This document shows positions 59,769-64,000 of a stretch of 64,000 bases of DNA, piece after piece. The stretch is from an uncultured Candidatus Berkelbacteria bacterium. Its GTDB lineage: Bacteria > Patescibacteriota > UBA1384 > UBA12157. Under the pieces are notes generated by a model. The model saw nothing but the letters and a program-made list of their open reading frames with translations, ran no database searches and was not told the origin of the DNA. Made by a program: the position numbers and the translations under genes. Each line of letters opens with the position of its first letter. Position 1 is the first letter of the stretch. The stretch lies in assembly GCA_903877885.1 (NCBI GenBank), contig CAIRFN010000011.1, forward strand, positions 9,281 through 73,280, given 5' to 3'.

Positions 59769-60431
59769 ATGGCAAGAATTCAAGATCACGAAAAAGCTTT
59801 AGTTTTAAGGAAAGAGGGAAAAAGTTATAGCCAGATAAAAGACATTTTAAAAGTAAACAAGAGCACTTTGAGTGGCTGGCTAAAAGATTATCCTTTATCT
59901 GATGAAAGGATAAGAGAACTTCGTGATCATAGCGAACAACGGATTGAAAAATATCGCGAAACAAGAAGAAAAACTAAAGAAGCACGTCTAGAAAAGTATC
60001 GTCAAGAACAGGAAAAAATTATTCTTCCATTCGATGGAAAAGAACTGTATTTAGCTGGTGTATTTCTATATTGGGGAGAAGGTTCAAAAACTAGTTCAGG
60101 TGAATTGAGTTTATCAAATACAAATCCCTCTGTTATCCGCTTTTTTATGTTTTGGGCGATGAATTCATTGAACGTACCAAAAGAAAAATTTAGTGTTGCC
60201 TTACACTTATATTCTGATATGGATATAGAAAAAGAAATTGATTTTTGGTCAAAAATTTTAGAAATTCCGACTAATCAATTTTCCAAACCTTATATTAAAA
60301 CAAATTCAACGCGCATGATTAATTATAAAGGTGGGTTTGGGCATGGAACATGTAATCTTAGAGTATTCGATACTCAACTTGCAGAAAAAACCCACATGGC
60401 GTTAAAAGTGATTAACGATAAATTTAGATAA
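59769..60431 (+). CDS. HTH-domain protein, possibly a degenerate LAGLIDADG-like endonuclease
   Basis: N-terminal resolvase/IS-type HTH (LRKEGKSYSQIKDILKVNKSTLSGWLKDY). Central LAGVFLYWGEGSK loosely resembles a LAGLIDADG motif. Ends 3 nt before the tRNA-like fragment. Confidence 0.4.
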   Translation: MARIQDHEKALVLRKEGKSYSQIKDILKVNKSTLSGWLKDYPLSDERIRELRDHSEQRIEKYRETRRKTKEARLEKYRQEQEKIILPFDGKELYLAGVFLYWGEGSKTSSGELSLSNTNPSVIRFFMFWAMNSLNVPKEKFSVALHLYSDMDIEKEIDFWSKILEIPTNQFSKPYIKTNSTRMINYKGGFGHGTCNLRVFDTQLAEKTHMALKVINDKFR

Positions 60432-60433
60432 AT

Positions 60434-60473
60434 GGGATCGTAGTTCAGCTGGTTAGAGCGCTTCTCTTATAAG
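60434..60473 (+). pseudogene. Truncated tRNA-like fragment (5' half: acceptor, D-arm, anticodon stem 5' side and loop)
   Basis: GGGATCG-TA-GTTC-AGCTGGTTA-GAGC-G-CTTCT-CTTATAA. Identical to the downstream intact tRNA from the D-arm through the anticodon loop but with a different acceptor 5' strand. No matching 3' acceptor strand (CGATCCC) follows. It is followed instead by an 8-bp stem, CTTCTCTT...AAGAGAAG. Confidence 0.5.
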
Positions 60474-60536
60474 CAAAGCTTGAAAGAGAAGATATAATAT
60501 AAATAGCTATCTATAAAGTTTAGGTATAATTAATGT

Positions 60537-60613
60537 GGGCGTGTAGTTCAGCTGGTTAGAGCGCTTCTCTTATAAGGAAGATGTCGATGGTTCGAGTCCA
60601 TCCACGCCCACCA
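60537..60613 (+). tRNA. tRNA with anticodon TAT (Ile, UAU type), CCA encoded
   Basis: Manual fold: acceptor GGGCGTG/CACGCCC, D-arm GTTC-AGCTGGTTA-GAGC, anticodon arm CTTCT-CTTATAA-GGAAG, variable ATGTC, T-arm GATGG-TTCGAGT-CCATC, ACCA 3' end. Confidence 0.7.
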
Positions 60614-60705
60614 AAATGGATTTTTAAGATAATTTTTTATATTATACTTCCAGCTTTTTCGGAAAGACCTTTTATATTGCAGTGATTTTCTTTATAATAT
60701 AATTA

Positions 60706-61596
60706 ATGGATAATAAAAACTTAGAAATTAAGTTCGGTGGTGATCTCCACGAAATAGATGTCGATCTTTTGATTGAATCTCTGATTAATTATTCTTCTGT
60801 TACTCAAGAAGCTTCTGCTTATCTCTCACCTGGAATCAAAGTTGAAATAAAAATAAAGGCGCCCAAACAAGGCAGCTTTATTTTACTTTTGAATTTAGTA
60901 GCAAAAGAAACAAGTAACTTGCTAGCAAAAGATAATATTGAGCTTGCGGCAAGTATAGTAACGATTGTTGGTGGTTTATATGGGTTAAAACAGTGGATAT
61001 CAAAAAACGGTAAACCTGAAACAGTAAAACCTAATGAAGATAACAGTATTGAGATTATCAATAATAATGGCAGTATTACTATTAGTAATGATGTATATAA
61101 TATTTATCAAGAAAATCCAAAAGTTAGAGAAAATTTGAGAAATACATTTATTAAATTAAAAGAGCGGGAAGAAATAAGCGATTTTTCAATCAAAGATGTC
61201 GATACTGGTCAGGACATTTTTAGCGCCGGAAAAGAAGAGTTTAACTTATTATCTTCTTTTGACGATGAAATAGAGCAGAGAAGACAAAAAGTACTAAAAG
61301 AAAAACAAGAACTATCAGTATTTAAAATAGTTTTCAAAGAAAACTACAAATGGGAATTCTTTTATCAAGGCACAAAAATATATGCCGCTTTGAGAGATGA
61401 ATCATTTTTTAAGAAGATCGAACGAGGTGAAATTGCATTTAGAAGTGGAGACAAGCTAATCGCTGATTTGGAAATCGACCAAGTTTTTAATGAAGCAGCG
61501 AATACTTTTGTAAACGATTCATATAATATTCTAAAAGTAGTTGAACACATGCCAAGAGTTTCCGCAACTCAACATTCTTTTGATTTTGAAAAGTGA
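60706..61596 (+). CDS. Hypothetical protein
   Basis: 296-aa ORF. No recognisable motif. Confidence 0.45.
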   Translation: MDNKNLEIKFGGDLHEIDVDLLIESLINYSSVTQEASAYLSPGIKVEIKIKAPKQGSFILLLNLVAKETSNLLAKDNIELAASIVTIVGGLYGLKQWISKNGKPETVKPNEDNSIEIINNNGSITISNDVYNIYQENPKVRENLRNTFIKLKEREEISDFSIKDVDTGQDIFSAGKEEFNLLSSFDDEIEQRRQKVLKEKQELSVFKIVFKENYKWEFFYQGTKIYAALRDESFFKKIERGEIAFRSGDKLIADLEIDQVFNEAANTFVNDSYNILKVVEHMPRVSATQHSFDFEK

Positions 61597-61844
61597 ACTT
61601 TATATATTATTTTTAGTAATAATTTGTTCTCATTTTCTCTTGACATCATTTGCGCTCTCTGAAACATTCTGATATCTTTGTATCAGAGTACTTTTTCGGA
61701 TACGCGCTTTAGTTTTCTGATTAGGGCGCTGTAAACAGATGTTTCATTCTAGGAGGGTGGAACTATTTTCGGTTTCAAAAAAGTCAGTAATTTAACAATT
61801 TTACCTCGTTAGATTTCGTAAATCTAATCGAGGTTAGGAGAAAA

Positions 61845-62594
61845 ATGAAAAAAACATTCAGTAGATTTTTAATCGGTTTATTCTTGGTCCTCACTTTAGT
61901 CATTTTTGGCGCTAGCCCAGTTTCCGCTCACGCCACGACCAGTAAAGCGCCGGTGACAGTTTTAAAAACTAATCCAAATCATGCTCATAGTCAAGATGGT
62001 TGGTATACTTCGGTTACCATGATCGAACTTCATGCCAATAATAATAAAATATATTTCCAAATGAACAGCACTGATGGCAAATGGCAAACCTACAAAAAAC
62101 CAATCAAAGCCTGGCGTGGTGAAAATACCTTATACTATTATTCAGTTAATGCCAAAGGTGAAAAAGAGCAAATTAAATCAAAAGTAATTAAAGTCGACTA
62201 TATTAAATCGAAAATTAAAAATCTAAAATCAGTTTCGAAAGCCAGTGGTGTGCAAATCAGCACTATCAAAAAAACCGAACCAGTCGCTACTATTTCTAAT
62301 TCTAAACCAGTTGTAAATAATGTTTCCCCGGTTTCTAATCTGAAAAAGAAGGCGATTGATAATGCAGCTAAAACAGAGAAGATTAGCAATAATCCCGAAC
62401 CGGAAAAAACTCCAGCGCCAGTTAGTCGGCCAGCTCGGAACTGGAATCATTTATTAGTCGCTATTTCTATTTTAATTATCGCCACTGGTGCAGCTATCGG
62501 TGGTTATTACGGATACGAAGCCTGGTCCAGTAAACCCAAAGAAATAGCCGAAAAACCCAAGGAAAAAGAAAAGAAATCCAGTAGTCGTTGGTGA
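61845..62594 (+). CDS. Surface/secreted protein with signal peptide and C-terminal TM anchor
   Basis: Signal peptide (MKKTFSRFLIGLFLVLTLVIFGASPVSAHA). C-terminal helix (LLVAISILIIATGAAIGGYYGY) then a Lys-rich tail. RBS AGGAG. Confidence 0.55.
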   Translation: MKKTFSRFLIGLFLVLTLVIFGASPVSAHATTSKAPVTVLKTNPNHAHSQDGWYTSVTMIELHANNNKIYFQMNSTDGKWQTYKKPIKAWRGENTLYYYSVNAKGEKEQIKSKVIKVDYIKSKIKNLKSVSKASGVQISTIKKTEPVATISNSKPVVNNVSPVSNLKKKAIDNAAKTEKISNNPEPEKTPAPVSRPARNWNHLLVAISILIIATGAAIGGYYGYEAWSSKPKEIAEKPKEKEKKSSSRW

Positions 62595-62682
62595 CTTAGT
62601 AAAGTCATCATGAGTGAAGTCGAATGATTTCAAAATCTAAAAAATCACCCCAAGCTAACAAATAGCAAAGGGTGATTTTTTT

Positions 62683-63102
62683 GTGCTCAATTTAGGTTAT
62701 AATAGTATTAAGATGAATTTAGATTTTGAGCAAAACCCGTTTTTGAAATTTTTGAAAAAGATATTTGTTTATCTTCTGATTATCTATGTTTTCGTGCTCT
62801 TGGCTCGGTCGGTGATGGTTAATGTCGGGCTTAAAAAACAAATCGATCAGGTTAAAAAAACTAATCAGACCTTAGAAGCCAATAATAAAAATCTGCAAAA
62901 TTTAATTGTTTATTATCAATCTGCAAGTTTCAAAGAACTCGAAGCGCGAGACAAATTGGGGCTTAAAAAACCTGATGAACAGGTAGTTTTTATCCCAGTT
63001 AAAAAGTTCGATCAAACAAACAATTCAGTTGATCAGATTGCTCCTGTAAAACCGCAAAATATCTCTAATTTTCAGGCCTGGTGGCAATATATTTTCGAGT
63101 GA
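62683..63102 (+). CDS. Septum formation initiator (FtsB/DivIC-like)
   Basis: Single TM (IFVYLLIIYVFVLLA), a coiled-coil segment and the conserved ELEARDKLGLKKPDEQVVFIP motif typical of FtsB/DivIC. Confidence 0.55.
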   Translation: MLNLGYNSIKMNLDFEQNPFLKFLKKIFVYLLIIYVFVLLARSVMVNVGLKKQIDQVKKTNQTLEANNKNLQNLIVYYQSASFKELEARDKLGLKKPDEQVVFIPVKKFDQTNNSVDQIAPVKPQNISNFQAWWQYIFE

Positions 63103-63112
63103 ACTTTTTTAC

Positions 63113-63242
63113 TGTCATTCCGGTCAGGTTGGATATCCTGTATCAAGTACAGGACAGGCTCCGAACCGGAATCCAGAATCAATTCATATCTGGATCCCCG
63201 ATGTCGGTATTCGATGAACTCATACCGGCTCGAGGATGACAA
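63113..63242. repeat. MITE-like palindromic element, copy B
   Basis: Starts 11 nt after the ftsB-like stop. Begins TGTCATTCC and ends CTCGAGGATGACAAAA. The internal block CTGGATCCCCGATGTCGG is near-identical to copy A (CTGGATTCCCGATGTCGG). Confidence 0.55.
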
Positions 63243-63265
63243 AAAGGAAAACAAACCACTCTACC

Positions 63266-63294
63266 TTGACATCAAGGTCTTTTTCTGATATAAT
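63266..63294 (+). promoter_or_regulatory. Consensus sigma-70-type promoter for the CAP-domain gene
   Basis: TTGACA (63266-63271), a 17-nt spacer, then TATAAT (63289-63294), about 40 nt upstream of ATG 63335, which has RBS GGGAGGGG. Confidence 0.55.
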
Positions 63295-63334
63295 TATTTA
63301 ATGTCATTATTTTGACAGTCCTCCGGGAGGGGAC

Positions 63335-64000
63335 ATGACCAAGAAAAATAACCACAACTTAATCAAGACTTTTTACACCATTACTTTTGGTTTAATGGTT
63401 ATTTTTAGCACTATCAATATTACTTATGCCGCCGATGCCAATATTTTAATTTCTAAAGCCAATGAAGATCGTACTCAAAACAATTTAAAAAAATTGGAAT
63501 TTAACCAAGAACTGACTAATGCGGCTCAAGCTAAAGTTAACGATATGTTTGCCAATAATTATTTCGCTCATTTTTCGCCAACTGGCAAATCTCCCTGGGA
63601 TTTTATTACGGCTTCCGGTTACAATTATGCATATGCTGGTGAAAACTTAGCGATTGGCTACACTGATGATGCTGAATTAAATACCGCCTGGATGAACTCG
63701 CCAGATCATCGCGCTAATATTTTAGATAAAAATTATACCCAAATTGGGATGGCCGTTAAAACCGCTGAATTTGATGGTGTTAAAACTACGATTGTGGTTC
63801 AAGAATTTGGTGCGCCGATGGCTATAGTAACTACACAACCTGTTAATTCAATCAAACCCCAAGTGGTGGCCGGGACCAACTCAAGTCTTAATCTTCAAAC
63901 TGGACCGAGTTTCAATCAAATGTTTACTACTAGCGTTCGAATTGTTCTTGGAGTTTTATTTATTATTTTTGTTTCAGTAATTTATTTTTTCTTTCGCGAA
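63335..64000 (+). CDS. CAP/SCP (YkwD-like) domain protein, partial; runs off the window end
   Basis: N-terminal signal/TM (FYTITFGLMVIFSTINITYA). CAP signature GENLAIGYTDDAELNTAWMNSPDHRANILDKNYTQIGMAV. Frame open to the window end. Not in the ORF track because it is truncated. Confidence 0.6.
   Translation, partial: MTKKNNHNLIKTFYTITFGLMVIFSTINITYAADANILISKANEDRTQNNLKKLEFNQELTNAAQAKVNDMFANNYFAHFSPTGKSPWDFITASGYNYAYAGENLAIGYTDDAELNTAWMNSPDHRANILDKNYTQIGMAVKTAEFDGVKTTIVVQEFGAPMAIVTTQPVNSIKPQVVAGTNSSLNLQTGPSFNQMFTTSVRIVLGVLFIIFVSVIYFFFRE

Noticed and set aside
60434-60536. The tRNA-like fragment as a functional intron-containing or split tRNA
   Set aside because: No 3' acceptor strand complementary to GGGATCG and no T-arm follow within 100 nt. 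The sequence after the anticodon loop pairs back on the anticodon-stem 5' strand instead. A fragment or scar is the more economical reading.
1-64000. Alternative genetic code (UGA or UAG recoding, as in some candidate phyla)
   Set aside because: Long genes (dnaG, rpoD, res, the 28-kb gene) are intact and motif-collinear under the standard code, so no recoding is needed. The single in-frame TAA at 5877 is reported as a local oddity only.

Overview
This is an AT-rich bacterial segment. By eye it resembles a reduced-genome (Patescibacteria/CPR-like) organism: a minimal pyruvate kinase, very compact gene packing, and a huge surface protein. The standard genetic code is inferred, because very long ORFs are intact. 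In order the window holds the following. (1) 1-8000: the right end of a phage-like module, with terminase large and small subunits and a ParB-nuclease-DNA methylase fusion on the minus strand, three unknown genes, a DnaA-box/iteron-like intergenic hub, an ORF6N protein and an HExxH protein. (2) 7300-13100: a housekeeping and oxidative-stress block with a Cys/His-repeat protein, desulfoferrodoxin, TspO, a 228-aa pyruvate-kinase core, then dnaG and rpoD. (3) 13200-15400: a P-loop NTPase and a HIT-superfamily (HxHxQ) enzyme. (4) 15850-25870: a compact, co-directional roughly 10 kb cassette that looks like an integrated mobile element. It carries a SpoVG-like protein, a Rep_trans-like rolling-circle initiator, a Type III restriction-modification pair (mod with an N-terminal excisionase-type HTH, plus res) and a large serine recombinase whose 3' end overlaps a tRNA-Asn(GTT) on the opposite strand. 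(5) 26100-29200: a secreted polysaccharide deacetylase, two secreted proteins and a Cys-rich protein. (6) 29935-58350: a single uninterrupted 28.4 kb ORF encoding a 9471-aa protein, membrane-anchored at both ends. Its extracellular region holds NHL beta-propellers, LamG lectin-like domains, IPT/TIG, FN3 and Ig-like repeats, a tandemly duplicated glycine-rich module, and two C-terminal carboxypeptidase-regulatory-like domains around transmembrane helices. It is preceded by a 730-bp leader with three perfect DnaA boxes and several perfect palindromes. (7) 58500-64000: an L,D-transpeptidase, an HTH protein, a truncated tRNA-like fragment next to an intact tRNA (anticodon UAU), surface proteins, an FtsB-like protein and a partial CAP-domain protein. 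A family of MITE-like palindromic elements sits immediately after the stop codons of three genes (rpoD, the giant gene, ftsB-like). No rRNA genes or CRISPR arrays were seen.
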